NCBI GenBank assembly: GCA_963783575.1
Contig: CAWAOD010000009.1
Location: forward strand, 1-64,000
Length of the DNA: 64,000 nucleotides
Origin: an uncultured Spirochaetota bacterium
GTDB lineage: Bacteria > Spirochaetota > Brevinematia > Brevinematales > JAOACQ01
Direction: 5' to 3'
Positions 31,510 to 42,834 of the stretch are shown piece by piece. A program made the position numbers and the translations under genes. The stretch's first letter is position 1. Each line of letters opens with the position of its first letter. The notes under the pieces are model-generated. The model saw nothing but the letters and a program-made list of their open reading frames with translations, searched no databases and was not told the DNA's origin.

Positions 31510-32104
31510 ATGGCTAATGAAGAACAATCCATGCGCGACAGGCTTATTCTTTCAACAATATACATGCATCGAAAAAGTGGGAATTCATTCTGTTACAATA
31601 AGAAGCATAGCAAAGGAAGCGAAAGTCAACAGCGCGGCAATAAATTATTACTTCGGCTCTAAGAAAAAACTAGTCAGGGCCGCTCTGCTGAAGGCAAGAA
31701 ATAACGCTATGGCCAATATTGAAATGTTCGATGAAAAAGGGAAAAGTCCTTTTGAAATTTTACAATCCTTTTTCCTTCACAATTTTGAAGGCATAGCCAA
31801 TTACCCTGAAATAACAAAAGCCTATTTGTATATTCCTTTTACAAAGAAAATATATGACAGGGAAACCATAAACTGGCTTAATAAATTTCTTGAGGAAATT
31901 TCAAATAATATTAAAATATTCCGGCCGGAAATAGAAGTTAGCGAAATCAAATTAATCGTTACTCAAATGCTGTCGGCTATGCTTTTCCCTTCAATTTTTC
32001 CCGGAATGTTTGATGAATTCACCGGAGACCTGAAAAACCCCGAAAGTCAAAAGGCCTACATCGATTGCCTGCTGAATCATTATTTAAAATCAGCCAAAAA
32101 ATAA
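31510..32104 (+). CDS. TetR family regulator with a probable frameshift near 31560
   Basis: MANEEQSMRDRLILSTI in one frame joins TCIEKVGIHSVTIRSIAKEAKVNSAAINYYFGSK after removing one base. Confidence 0.8.
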
Positions 32105-32147
32105 TATTTTTATACTGAATTTTACTTTACTTATTGGCTATTGTTTT

Positions 32148-33650
32148 TTATGCAATTATCGCATTATTTTTTAATGGCAAATTTACAATAAATTTTGTCC
32201 CAACTCCAGGCTTACTTTCCACCCGGATGGTTCCTACATGTTTTTCAGCTATTTTTTTACACACCGCAAGCCCTATCCCGCTCCCTTCATACTCGCTTTT
32301 TCCATGAAGACGCTGGAATACTCCAAATATTTTATCATAATAAATCTCATCTATACCGATGCCATTATCTTCTATAACTATACTGCAATACCCATCCGGG
32401 ACTTCTTCCGCCGCATAAATTTTTACTGCAGGCGGCTCCCCTGGTTTGTGAAACTTCAATGAGTTGCCGATAAGATTTTGAAAGAGCTGCCGCATCTGGG
32501 TCGGATCGGCATTGATTACAGGCAGCAAGCTTAACTCAACGCTTCCGGCAGTCTTTTCTATCTGAACTTCAAGATCAGTTAGAACTTCTTTCACTATTTG
32601 AAAAAGATCAACAGAGGTATATGGCTCCGCATGAGTTGTTACCCTGGAATAAGTCAACAGATCATTAATCAATGCCTGCATCCTTACAGCGGCATTTTGC
32701 ATTTTCTCCATATATTCGCTGCCCTTACCGTCAATAACAGTTTGATATTTATACAGCAGCCGCTCGCAGTATGAATTTATCTTTCGAAGAGGCTCCTGGA
32801 GGTCATGGGATGCTATAAAAGCAAATTCCTCCAGTTCGGTATTGGAACGTTTCAGTTCTTTATTGAGTTTGATTATTTCACCGGTTCTTTCTTCAATCTT
32901 TTGCTCCAAATTCTGGTTCAATTCTTCAAATTCAGTTTGTAAACCGGTAAATTTAGTGAGTAGAGTATAAGCCATAGATAATATAATAAACAAAAAACTA
33001 TATTCGGCGATATAAATGGACGCATATATTCTTGAAGATACCATTATATCGTTGACAACTCCAAAGAAATAAACAATCAGGCTTATTATAAGAACAGTCA
33101 GCATTTTTTCTTTATTTTTAAGATATTGTCTTATTAAAAGATATAAAAAATATAAATAAACTATGATGCTGGATAACATACCAAGTGAATAAACGATTCC
33201 CGCTTCGCCTTCAAAATAAGTGATTTTTAACAGATTTGAAATATTAATATTTTTTATGGCCGGCCTGGAAGAAGTTAATGACAGCTCCGGACTTATAAAC
33301 GGAGTTAAAAAGAGAGCTATTAAAAATAGCAGGATAAACCATGTTATAAAAATCTTAATAATTTTATTGATTCTTTTTTCAATAAAAATCGAAGCGAACC
33401 ACATAAGAAAAATAGTCTCGAGAAATAAATTGTCAAGCTGAAGCCTCTGCCAGAAAATTCCATCCTGTAATGTGTTGGAATTGTACAGCCCGGCACAAAA
33501 TATATCATAAGATCCGGTACTAAAACATAAAAGGGCGAATGGAAGATTTTCTTTCATTTTCGGCCGTTTTAAATACAAAAACAGGTGATAAAAACCCACA
33601 TAAAAATTTATTGCCGCCATTGCTATACAAGGAACAGACAATATATGCAT
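32148..33650 (-). CDS. 7TM sensor histidine kinase
   Basis: ASHDLQEPLRKI, NLIGNSLKF, DNGIGI, GSGIGLA. Confidence 0.93.
   Translation of the reverse strand: MHILSVPCIAMAAINFYVGFYHLFLYLKRPKMKENLPFALLCFSTGSYDIFCAGLYNSNTLQDGIFWQRLQLDNLFLETIFLMWFASIFIEKRINKIIKIFITWFILLFLIALFLTPFISPELSLTSSRPAIKNINISNLLKITYFEGEAGIVYSLGMLSSIIVYLYFLYLLIRQYLKNKEKMLTVLIISLIVYFFGVVNDIMVSSRIYASIYIAEYSFLFIILSMAYTLLTKFTGLQTEFEELNQNLEQKIEERTGEIIKLNKELKRSNTELEEFAFIASHDLQEPLRKINSYCERLLYKYQTVIDGKGSEYMEKMQNAAVRMQALINDLLTYSRVTTHAEPYTSVDLFQIVKEVLTDLEVQIEKTAGSVELSLLPVINADPTQMRQLFQNLIGNSLKFHKPGEPPAVKIYAAEEVPDGYCSIVIEDNGIGIDEIYYDKIFGVFQRLHGKSEYEGSGIGLAVCKKIAEKHVGTIRVESKPGVGTKFIVNLPLKNNAIIA
32176..32830. repeat. 655-bp near-identical repeat (HisKA+HATPase), copy A
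   Basis: Matches 34081-34735 with only about a dozen substitutions by eye. Confidence 0.9.
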
Positions 33651-33699
33651 TTATTACCTTCCCTGCAAAATCCATCTATTCTACTGAGAAAACTCTATT

Positions 33700-33984
33700 T
33701 TCACCCTCGTTCCCTGCTCCACAGGGAAATCCTGAATATTATCACCGTATCACTTTTCTAAAATTTCACCTCAATAACCCCCGGTTTACCTCCGGGAAAG
33801 GCATATTTCAAGCTGTTCGCCAGCAATTAATGACCTGTTTCTTTCAGTTAGCCTATAAGCTTCATTTCCAGAATATCAAATCCGAATTTGTTATTATCAA
33901 TCCTGAAATTTCCCGGATTTTTCTGATCTCCAAAATATGAATTTCATGAAAATCTTTACTGACATCAATTCCTACATTTATCAC
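33700..33984 (-). pseudogene. IS110-family transposase N-terminal fragment abutting a HATPase remnant
   Basis: GGAGG + GTG 33984: MINVGIDVSKDFHEIHIL; downstream LLANSLKYAFPGGKPGVIEV interrupted by stops. Confidence 0.6.
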
Positions 33985-34061
33985 TATGTACCTCCCAAAA
34001 ATCTATTGTTTTTCGGAAGGTTTTCATTAATTTATTTATCTGCTCTATTATAGCAACCTTT

Positions 34062-35837
34062 TTAAATGATCATTCTCAGCGGCAAATTTACAATAAATTT
34101 TGTCCCAACTCCAGGCTTACTTTCCACCCGGATGGTTCCTCCATGTTTTTCAGCTATTTTTTTACACACCGCAAGCCCTATCCCGCTCCCTTCATACTCG
34201 CTTTTTCCATGAAGACGCTGGAATACTCCAAATATTTTATCATAATAAATCTCATCTATACCGATGCCATTATCTTCTATAACTATACTGCAATACCCAT
34301 CCGGGACTTCTTTCGCCGCATAAATTTTTACTGCAGGCGGCTCCCCTGGTTTGTGAAACTTCAATGAGTTGCCGATAAGATTTTGAAAGAGCTGCCGCAT
34401 CTGGGTCGGATCGGCATTGATTACAGGCAGCAAGCTTAACTCAACCCTTCCGGCAGTCTTTTCTATCTGAACTTCAAGATCAGTTAGAACTTCTTTCACT
34501 ATTTGAAAAAGATCAACAGAGGTATATGGTTCCGCATGAGTTGTTACCCTGGAATAAGTCAACAGATCATTGATTAAAGTCTGCATCCTTACAGCGGCAT
34601 TTTGCATTTTCTCCATATATTCGCTGCCCTTGCCGTCAATAACAGTTTGATATTTATACTGCAGCCGCTCGCAGTATGAATTTATCTTTCGAAGAGGCTC
34701 CTGGAGGTCATGGGACGCTATAAAAGCAAATTCCTGAAGCGCCCGGTTACTCTGCTGAAGCTTATTATTAAAAGACAGCAATTCTTTCTCCGACTTCTTT
34801 CTATCTGTAATATCCCTGATAATACAGACCATACCGATTTTTTGCCCTGTTTTATTTTTGATAACCGATCCGTAAAATAATACCGGAATTATACTCCCGG
34901 CTTTTGCTACAAGCTCCGTCTCAAGATCAAAGATTTCTTTACCCGATAGCAGTTCGTCCATTATAGTATTTATTATTTCTACATTTGTAAACAATATACC
35001 CATTGATTTTCCTATGACTTCCTCCTCTTGGTGCCCGAATAGTTTTATAAATGAGGGATTTACCTCCACAATTTTATTATCCAAATCAGTTAAGATTAAA
35101 GATCCCGGCATTGTTGCAATTATATTTTCAGCGGCTTTCATCGGGTCTACCTGAAATAAGTCGTATTTCCAGATTGCGTACCCAATACAAATATTTAATA
35201 AGGTAGTTGAAACCGAATCGATTTTCTGATATTTAATTCCAAGCAATGGCAGTGTTACTTCACCAATTGCGATGAGAAAAACAATAAAAAGGCCTATAAA
35301 GATATACTTTGTCTGATTTTTTTTTGTTTTATCTTTATTGATAAAATAAAATCGAATGAGAAGAAACAATGCCGAGAAGGCCGATAAAAGACTCCAAATA
35401 ATGAATATTTGATAAAACAGAGATGTTTTTATCAGTATGGCCGGTGCGTTACCCGAATAATACAATTCCGGATTTCCGGTTAAAAAATTCGTTGTGAGAG
35501 TTAAAACAGAAAAAATAAATGCGGGAAAATATAAAAAGACATAAATAAATTTATTATTTAACAGCTTTTTTTCTTCAGTAAAAACTAAAATAAAATGAAC
35601 AAAAGCCGGTATTGAAAAAAACCAGAAAGAACCGATTTTGGCCCAGGCATAAGTTGTATTTATATTATTTCCCTGGTAGTACATAAATTCTAAAGTAAAC
35701 ATCCAATAAACTATTAACAGATTAAACAATGCAAAAATTTTATTAAGACGCTTTTGCTTATTACTGTGGTAAACTATATCAGCAATTATTAGTCCAATGA
35801 TAATAGTAAATAAAGGGATTAATACTTTAGTGTTCAC
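34062..35837 (-). CDS. 7TM + PAS sensor histidine kinase
   Basis: HisKA_7TM-like N-terminus, PAS (VEVNPSF..LFG, RDIT), same kinase core as 32148-33650. Confidence 0.93.
   Translation of the reverse strand: MNTKVLIPLFTIIIGLIIADIVYHSNKQKRLNKIFALFNLLIVYWMFTLEFMYYQGNNINTTYAWAKIGSFWFFSIPAFVHFILVFTEEKKLLNNKFIYVFLYFPAFIFSVLTLTTNFLTGNPELYYSGNAPAILIKTSLFYQIFIIWSLLSAFSALFLLIRFYFINKDKTKKNQTKYIFIGLFIVFLIAIGEVTLPLLGIKYQKIDSVSTTLLNICIGYAIWKYDLFQVDPMKAAENIIATMPGSLILTDLDNKIVEVNPSFIKLFGHQEEEVIGKSMGILFTNVEIINTIMDELLSGKEIFDLETELVAKAGSIIPVLFYGSVIKNKTGQKIGMVCIIRDITDRKKSEKELLSFNNKLQQSNRALQEFAFIASHDLQEPLRKINSYCERLQYKYQTVIDGKGSEYMEKMQNAAVRMQTLINDLLTYSRVTTHAEPYTSVDLFQIVKEVLTDLEVQIEKTAGRVELSLLPVINADPTQMRQLFQNLIGNSLKFHKPGEPPAVKIYAAKEVPDGYCSIVIEDNGIGIDEIYYDKIFGVFQRLHGKSEYEGSGIGLAVCKKIAEKHGGTIRVESKPGVGTKFIVNLPLRMII
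34081..34735. repeat. 655-bp near-identical repeat, copy B
   Basis: See copy A. Confidence 0.9.
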
Positions 35838-35889
35838 CTGCCTGTCCCCTATTCCGGGAAATTAAGTTTTTATTAATACCTGGAAATGA

Positions 35890-37677
35890 TTAATTTTCAC
35901 CGCTGATCTTCTTAATAAGTTCAATTCCTATGCCATCTTTTCCCGTTTCTTTTATCAATATATTCAATATTTTTTCTTCGGGCAGAGGCCGGCTTAAGAT
36001 ATAACCCTGGATATTATCGCAGTTATGTTTTTTTAATATATCAAATTGCTCAATAGTTTCAACTCCTTCAGCCAAGATTTCCATATTCAGACCATGTCCC
36101 ATCGTAATTATCGAATTTACAATTATAATATCGGCTGGGCTTTCAGTCATATGCATAATAAATGATTTATCGATTTTCAATATATTACAGGGTATTTGTT
36201 TTAATCGGTTGAGGGAAGAAAAACCCGTACCGAAATCATCAATGGAAATTTGAAACCCAATCGAACGTAATTCACTCAATTTTGAGTTCGTTATCTCCAT
36301 ATCGTCCATAAATATGGATTCGGTTACTTCCAATTCAATTAAGCTGGAAGAAATATGATATGTTTCTATAATCCCCATTAAATGCTGTGTAAAATCCGGC
36401 TTATTAAATTGATTAATAGGCAGATTAATCGAGATGGGAATAAGCTTCAATTTTGCCCGCTCCCATTCACTTAATTTCATACATACGGTATTAATCACCC
36501 AGTCGGTAATATTAGATAGCAAATTGTTTTCCTGAGCGAAAGGAATAAAATCAGCCGGGGAAACAATGCCTCTTTCACTTTGATTCCATCTTATAAGAGC
36601 CTCAAGTCCGATTATTTTTCCCGATTTTATATTCATTTTGGGCTGGTAGTAAAGCAGAAATTCATCCTTTTCTGTTGCTTTTCGAAGATTATTAATCATA
36701 TTTATCTTTTCAAGAACATTTTCAGTCATGGATGTTTGATAGTAATGAAAGCAGTTTTTGCCCTGCTTTTTTGCAAAGTACATTGCATTATCCGCATATT
36801 TTAGCAGATTCTCAGCATCATTAGAATCCGAAGGATATAATGCAATGCCGATACTTACACCGGTAAATAACTCATGATTTTCAATAATATATGGTTCATT
36901 GACCGATTTAATAATTCTAGCAGCCACAATGGAAGCGTCCTCAAAGGAACCGATTTCGGTGAGAGAAATGGTAAATTCATCCCCTCCCTGCCTGGCGACG
37001 GTATCTATCAATGTTTTTAAATTATTCCTGGCCATAATATCACTCTTTCTGATAGATGCATAAAGACGTTTGGCCACTTCTTTTAAAAGCATATCCCCAA
37101 TATGATGCCCAAAAGAATCATTAATAAGCTTAAAATTATCCAGGTCCAGATATAGAACCGCCATCATTCTATTATACCTGGTTGCATGGGCTAAAGAATA
37201 GTTTAATTGTTCTTTAAAAAATACTCTATTGGGAAGATCGGTCACCTGATCATAATAAGCCAGATATTTAATCTGGTTTTCTCTTGATTTCTTTTCTATT
37301 GCATACCGAATTGAACGCTCTATCTGGTCCTGATCAATCTTGCCTTTAATCAGATAATCCGAAGCCCCTTTCTTCATGGCAAATAGATCTACTTCACGAT
37401 TGTTGTACCCAGTTAACATAATAATAGGAATATTCTTATTATTCTCCGATAATTCATTAATCAAGTCAAGGCCTGACCTTGCCCCTAAATTATAATCTAT
37501 GAGAAACAAATCATAAATGCCCTTTTCTATTTCGTTTAAAGCATTTTCATAACTCAATGCCCAATCAACCGAATATTTTTGCTCCTTAATATCCATGATT
37601 ATATCTTTAATCAGTTCATAATCCTCTTTATCATCATCGACAAGAAGAATCCGTATTAAGTCTTTATTATCCATCAA
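35890..37677 (-). CDS. REC-GGDEF-EAL response regulator (diguanylate cyclase/phosphodiesterase)
   Basis: LLVDDD, GGDEF, EALIRW, DDFGTGFSSL. Confidence 0.95.
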   Translation of the reverse strand: MMDNKDLIRILLVDDDKEDYELIKDIIMDIKEQKYSVDWALSYENALNEIEKGIYDLFLIDYNLGARSGLDLINELSENNKNIPIIMLTGYNNREVDLFAMKKGASDYLIKGKIDQDQIERSIRYAIEKKSRENQIKYLAYYDQVTDLPNRVFFKEQLNYSLAHATRYNRMMAVLYLDLDNFKLINDSFGHHIGDMLLKEVAKRLYASIRKSDIMARNNLKTLIDTVARQGGDEFTISLTEIGSFEDASIVAARIIKSVNEPYIIENHELFTGVSIGIALYPSDSNDAENLLKYADNAMYFAKKQGKNCFHYYQTSMTENVLEKINMINNLRKATEKDEFLLYYQPKMNIKSGKIIGLEALIRWNQSERGIVSPADFIPFAQENNLLSNITDWVINTVCMKLSEWERAKLKLIPISINLPINQFNKPDFTQHLMGIIETYHISSSLIELEVTESIFMDDMEITNSKLSELRSIGFQISIDDFGTGFSSLNRLKQIPCNILKIDKSFIMHMTESPADIIIVNSIITMGHGLNMEILAEGVETIEQFDILKKHNCDNIQGYILSRPLPEEKILNILIKETGKDGIGIELIKKISGEN

Positions 37678-38295
37678 ATCTGCTCCCGATTAATTACATT
37701 TTCTAATATAGAGTAAGAAACTTCGCGATTTGATATTTTTAATTTTACTTTCCTGATAGAACATTCAAAAACTTTTTATATTCGATAGGCTCACCAATCA
37801 AGCCTGCCAAAACGTTCAATAAAAAATTATCAAGCAAAACATTTAATCTTATACTATTAAAGGTTTAACAAATTATTAAATAATAAATTTGATAAGAATC
37901 ACTCAGTTCTGATTTTATAAGTAATATTACTATATTAATTTAATTATTGCAAAAAAAAATGAGAATCCAATAATCTAACTTGAACTGTTTTAATAAAATA
38001 TCACCCTCCGGCTTTTCCCTGTTTTGTCAATTCATTATAAAATGAGCGTATCATTAAAGAATCTGCTTTTAATAATATTTTACCGGTTTTTTAAGAATGT
38101 TAAAATATTTATTATTTTAAAAAGATATCCGCCCTCCTGTGGCAAATAATAACGTTGCGAGCCATTGATTATTAGACTTTTTTTAAACATCTTAAAGCAA
38201 GATTCTAATAGGAAATTAATTTGCAAATCTTTCATAAAATAACTAAAATAAACGATCGAACTTTGTTCAACCAATAATATAAAGGGGAGAAATAA

Positions 38296-39930
38296 ATGGA
38301 AAAATTCTTTAATAATCTAAAAATAACCAGTAAATTAATGGTTATGCTGGCAATTTCAATAATATTTTTTATTATATTTGTATTTGCATTCTTTCTGCAA
38401 TTAACCTCTCAGGAACATCAAATCACAGCAATATTTAATAATAGATTGGATAATTATGAAACTTATTCAAAAATACATAATGATATTCTTGATGTACAGG
38501 TTAATCTATTCCAGATGATTTCCTGGGCTAATGCTAATTATCAAAATTCCCAAATAATAGAAGTAGGAAATGAGCAAAAATCATCTATTGAGGACACCGA
38601 GAAATTAATTAACGAATATATTAATCTTGGAAAAATAACCCCGGAGGAGCGGCAGCTATACCAGGAATTGTTAACCAATCTGCTGGATTATAAAGATTGG
38701 GCTTTGAGTGTAATAGATATGGTCGGGAAGGATATTCCCACGGCCACAATGTTTATGAGTACTGCAAACGACAAATTTATACTCTTAAAAGGGACTTTAC
38801 AAAAATTGAAAATATTTGAAAACAATCAAAGTAAAACAAAATATAATTCCTCTGTCCAGCAGTCAATATTAATATTCATAATAGTTGTCGCGGCTTTTAT
38901 AGCGGTTTTAATGTCCATTTCTTTATATACCGGAAAAATCATCATCAAACCACTGCAGAATGTAATAAATATAATAAAAAGAATTGTTGAAGGGGATTTC
39001 ACAAATAAAGTCGAAGTGGACACAGGTGATGAAATAGGCGAAATGGCCGGTTATTTCAATATTTTAGAAGAACAGATCAGGGATTTATTAAAAAAAATAA
39101 AAGAATCATCGATTGTATTGATTAATGCAATACAGGGATTATCGGTTTCCTCAAAAGAAATATCCGCAACATCAACCCAGCAGTCTGCCGGTGTAAAGGA
39201 GATTGTTACCACAATGGAGGATTCAAACATACTCAGCCATGAAATGTCAAAATCCATCAGTGAAGTAGTAAAGATTGCTTTACAGACTAAAAGCAATGTT
39301 GAAATAGGCGTTTCATATGTTAAGAACAGTCTATCCAAGATGGAAGAAATTAAAAATAAAAACATGGATACGATTCATGGCATTCGTCTGCTTGGTGAAA
39401 AAATCGAAAATATCTGGGATATTGTTAATATAATCAATGGAATTGTCGACCAGACAAAAATTATCGCGTTTAACGCTGCTCTGGAAGCATCATCGGCAAG
39501 CGAGGGCGGTAAGAATTTTCAGATTGTAGCAAGCGAGATCAAACGTTTAGCCGATAATACTATGACCTCCACCAAGGAAATAAAAGCGAAAATAAATGAA
39601 ATTCAGCGTTCGTCAAATAATTTAATCATAATCTCCGAAGATGGAACGGAAAGAATAAAAGAAGGATGGGAATTATCTCAAAATTTGGAAGCGGTATTCG
39701 GGGATATATTAAATTCCGCGGAAATCTCGGCGAAATCATCGGAAAATATAGAATTATCGATCAAACAGCAGGCATCGGCATTTGAGCAGATCCTGCTGAC
39801 GCTTAAAGAAATCTCCAGCGGAATAGAAAATTTTGTTTATTCCACCAAACAGACCAGCCAGACTACCGAAACCCTTAAAGAAATAGCCGACGGTTTAAAC
39901 AAAACCGTTGAAAATTATAGATTGGAATAG
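38296..39930 (+). CDS. Methyl-accepting chemotaxis protein (2 TM, 4-helix sensor, HAMP)
   Basis: HAMP DEIGEM, hairpin QTKIIAFNAALEA. Confidence 0.93.
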   Translation: MEKFFNNLKITSKLMVMLAISIIFFIIFVFAFFLQLTSQEHQITAIFNNRLDNYETYSKIHNDILDVQVNLFQMISWANANYQNSQIIEVGNEQKSSIEDTEKLINEYINLGKITPEERQLYQELLTNLLDYKDWALSVIDMVGKDIPTATMFMSTANDKFILLKGTLQKLKIFENNQSKTKYNSSVQQSILIFIIVVAAFIAVLMSISLYTGKIIIKPLQNVINIIKRIVEGDFTNKVEVDTGDEIGEMAGYFNILEEQIRDLLKKIKESSIVLINAIQGLSVSSKEISATSTQQSAGVKEIVTTMEDSNILSHEMSKSISEVVKIALQTKSNVEIGVSYVKNSLSKMEEIKNKNMDTIHGIRLLGEKIENIWDIVNIINGIVDQTKIIAFNAALEASSASEGGKNFQIVASEIKRLADNTMTSTKEIKAKINEIQRSSNNLIIISEDGTERIKEGWELSQNLEAVFGDILNSAEISAKSSENIELSIKQQASAFEQILLTLKEISSGIENFVYSTKQTSQTTETLKEIADGLNKTVENYRLE

Positions 39931-40046
39931 CCTCTCCCCCAACCCCACTCCATTCACGGAGAGGGGAGAAAGAGGCAGAATGAATTATACAATGTGAAGC
40001 TACTACCCCTTCTCTATAAATGGAGAAGGAGGACGGGGGGATGAGG
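39931..40046. repeat. REP doublet (REPIN-like inverted pair)
   Basis: CCTCTCCCCCAACCCC..GGAGAGGGG and inverted CCCCTTCTC..GGAGAAGG..GGGGATGAGG between the two MCP genes. Confidence 0.65.
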
Positions 40047-40077
40047 CTGAGGAAATATTTAAATTTGGGAGAATGAA

Positions 40078-41802
40078 ATGATTACAAAAGAATCTTTAAG
40101 TAAAATTAAACTCAATATAGTTCTGACGATATTTCTGTCCAACTTCTTCGTCCTGGCATCAAGTAAATTCTACGATGCTTTATTCAGCAATTATTTTGAT
40201 TCCATAACTGCAAGTCTGTTATTCAGATTTCTTAATATATTTGATCCGCTGGTATTTTCTGTTTTTATTGTAATGGCTATTTTCACAAGTTTTGTTATAT
40301 TAAAATATTTAAAATACCTTTTCATTTTCCTGGAAAAAGAAAAAGAGTATGATAAAGCAAGAACTGCGACCGTTAGTATTCCATGGATTACACTGGTTGT
40401 TCAGACAATATTCTGGGGCCTTGGGGCAACGGGATATTACATTATTAATAACTGGCATGCAGATAACGGCATTCCCTACGGCTGGGAGCTGCTGCTTAAA
40501 GTAAGCACGGGTATTGTCGGTTCTTTATATACATCCCTTGTTATCAACATCATATTAATGAAATCAAAAGCGATGTTGAATATGACGGACATACGCCCGG
40601 GGGAAAATGATTTGTTCACCAGGGTCAAAGATTATTTAATTATATTTGGAATCTCTTTTTATCTGGTCATAAATATATCTTACCGCGCTTATTACACAAT
40701 GAATGCGGTAAAAACCCAGGATGGCGGGCTGTTTATCATTGGTACCATTCTTTCAGGCATTTTCTTCTTTGCGGTCTGTTTTGGACTTATAATTCTTTCA
40801 AAAAAAGAGTACAATTATCAGCTTAAATACTTAAAAGAAAAGCTCGGTGAAATTTCAGAAGGAAACATTGATCTTTCAAAGAGAATATTTTTGATAAACT
40901 TTGATGAAATCGGCGAACTGGCTGTCAATGTAAATAAGGTAATCGGAAACATTGAGATTTTGATAAAGAATATTGAGAAATCAACAAAGGAATTATATAA
41001 GTCAACACAAAACCTATCTGTTTCATCAAAGGAGATTTCGGCCACATCAACCCAACAGGCTGCGTCTGTGAAAGAAATAGTCTCTACAATGGAAGACACA
41101 GACCTTTTGTCCAAACAGGTTTTAAAATCCATAGGCGATGTTGTAAAAAATGCTACCAACACAAAATACAATGTTGAAATAGGAGTATCGATTGTAAAAA
41201 ACAGCCAGAATAAAATGTTTGAAATCAAGGACAAAAATAATGAAACCTTAACCGGAATCAAATCACTTGTTGATAAGATCGAAAGCATCTGGGATATTGT
41301 CACTATTATTAACGGTATTGTGGAACAGACCAGGATCATTGCCTTTAACGCGGCATTGGAAGCGATTTCCGCGGGAGAAGCCGGCAAGAATTTCCAGATA
41401 GTTGCTAACGAAATTAAACGCCTTGCGGACAATACAATGGCATCCACTCAGGAAATAAAGACAAAAATAAATGAGATTCAGCATTCTTCAAGCGATTTAA
41501 TCATAGTATCGGAAGATGAAACCGAAAGAATCAATGCCGGCTGGGAGTTATCCCACAAACTGGAAGAAGTGTTTAAAAATATCTTGACTTCATCGGAAGT
41601 TTCCGCTACTTCTTCTGAAAATATCGAACTATCGACAAAACAACAGGTATCGGCCTTCGAACAGATCCTGTTAACGTTAAAAGAAATATCGAATGGCATT
41701 GAGAATTTTGTGATTTCCACAAAGCAAACCAGTGAAACAACCGAAGCTTTAAAGATTATGGCAGATAACCTGAATAAAATAATTGAAAAATATAAAGTAT
41801 AA
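40078..41802 (+). CDS. Methyl-accepting chemotaxis protein (multi-TM)
   Basis: FDEIGEL, QTRIIAFNAALEA, AGEAGKNFQIVA. Confidence 0.93.
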   Translation: MITKESLSKIKLNIVLTIFLSNFFVLASSKFYDALFSNYFDSITASLLFRFLNIFDPLVFSVFIVMAIFTSFVILKYLKYLFIFLEKEKEYDKARTATVSIPWITLVVQTIFWGLGATGYYIINNWHADNGIPYGWELLLKVSTGIVGSLYTSLVINIILMKSKAMLNMTDIRPGENDLFTRVKDYLIIFGISFYLVINISYRAYYTMNAVKTQDGGLFIIGTILSGIFFFAVCFGLIILSKKEYNYQLKYLKEKLGEISEGNIDLSKRIFLINFDEIGELAVNVNKVIGNIEILIKNIEKSTKELYKSTQNLSVSSKEISATSTQQAASVKEIVSTMEDTDLLSKQVLKSIGDVVKNATNTKYNVEIGVSIVKNSQNKMFEIKDKNNETLTGIKSLVDKIESIWDIVTIINGIVEQTRIIAFNAALEAISAGEAGKNFQIVANEIKRLADNTMASTQEIKTKINEIQHSSSDLIIVSEDETERINAGWELSHKLEEVFKNILTSSEVSATSSENIELSTKQQVSAFEQILLTLKEISNGIENFVISTKQTSETTEALKIMADNLNKIIEKYKV

Positions 41803-41824
41803 TAATACAGGGGTTTTAATAAAT

Positions 41825-42320
41825 ATGAATAATAAGGAAATTTTACAGGCAATAAAAGAAAAAGAAAACCGGATTGATGAGAATCCGGCTTCAGCAATTG
41901 CGGTTCAAAAATTTCTCATTTTTTCAATAGAAAATAAGAAATTATGCTTTAATGCCGAACTGGTTAAAGAAATATTATTGAATACACAGATATTTTTTAT
42001 TCCTTTTTGTCCTCCGTATGTCAGCGGCCTGATCAACCGCCATGGAGAACCTTATACGGTCTTTGATTTGAGTGTTCTCCTGGAAAATCAGAAACAGGAA
42101 TCTACCAAGCTAATCATAATGAATGAAAAAGATGATAATATAGCTTTTATAATTAAAGAAATTATTGAAATTGCGGATATTTCTCAAAATGATGTTTTTA
42201 AAATAGATGCACAGGAAAATGAAATTGAATTTATTCAGGGCTTTATTCTCATATAATAATGAGAAAGTATTCATTGTAGATTTAAATAAAATCTTAAAAA
42301 GGCTTGAAAATGACCTCTGA
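41825..42320 (+). CDS. cheW: CheW, with a frameshift near 42243
   Basis: IPFCPPYVSGLINRHGE; removing one T restores LFSYNNEKVFIVDLNKILKRLENDL*. Confidence 0.8.
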
Positions 42321-42822
42321 TTTAACGGTTGAGTTTCTTCTGCTGCATTATTCAAATATTGATTTCCTGATTAATAGAGCTGAAATTCAAAGCAGCCTTT
42401 TTATAGATAATTATAAGAAAATAAAAAGTAAAAACAGGTATTTGACCGGAATTATTCATTTTAATAATGAAAATATCCTGTCTGTGGATTTTGACAGTTA
42501 TTTAAAGGAAACCTTCAGATTAAATGAAAATAATGATAATTCAATAGCCATCGTTTATGATACAGCCGCTTCCGGTTTATACAAAAATATTGGCCGATAC
42601 TTTATTAAAAAAAAAGGATATCCGGAATTAAGCCCCAATCATATCGGCCTGATAATTAACAACAATTTTGAACTGGTTAAAGTGCCTCTTTACGGAATAA
42701 AACTGATGCCGGAATCGTTAAGAAAAAATAATTCGGAAAACGGTATTCTGGGAATCAGATTCTCAGAAGGTAAAAATCAATATTATATTGATATTGAAAG
42801 AATAATTAAAAAATTATTTTAA
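42310..42822 (+). CDS. Divergent CheW-like protein
   Basis: YLTGIIHFNNENILSVD motif and operon position. Confidence 0.6.
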   Translation: MTSDLTVEFLLLHYSNIDFLINRAEIQSSLFIDNYKKIKSKNRYLTGIIHFNNENILSVDFDSYLKETFRLNENNDNSIAIVYDTAASGLYKNIGRYFIKKKGYPELSPNHIGLIINNNFELVKVPLYGIKLMPESLRKNNSENGILGIRFSEGKNQYYIDIERIIKKLF

Positions 42823-42834
42823 GGGGAGATTTGA

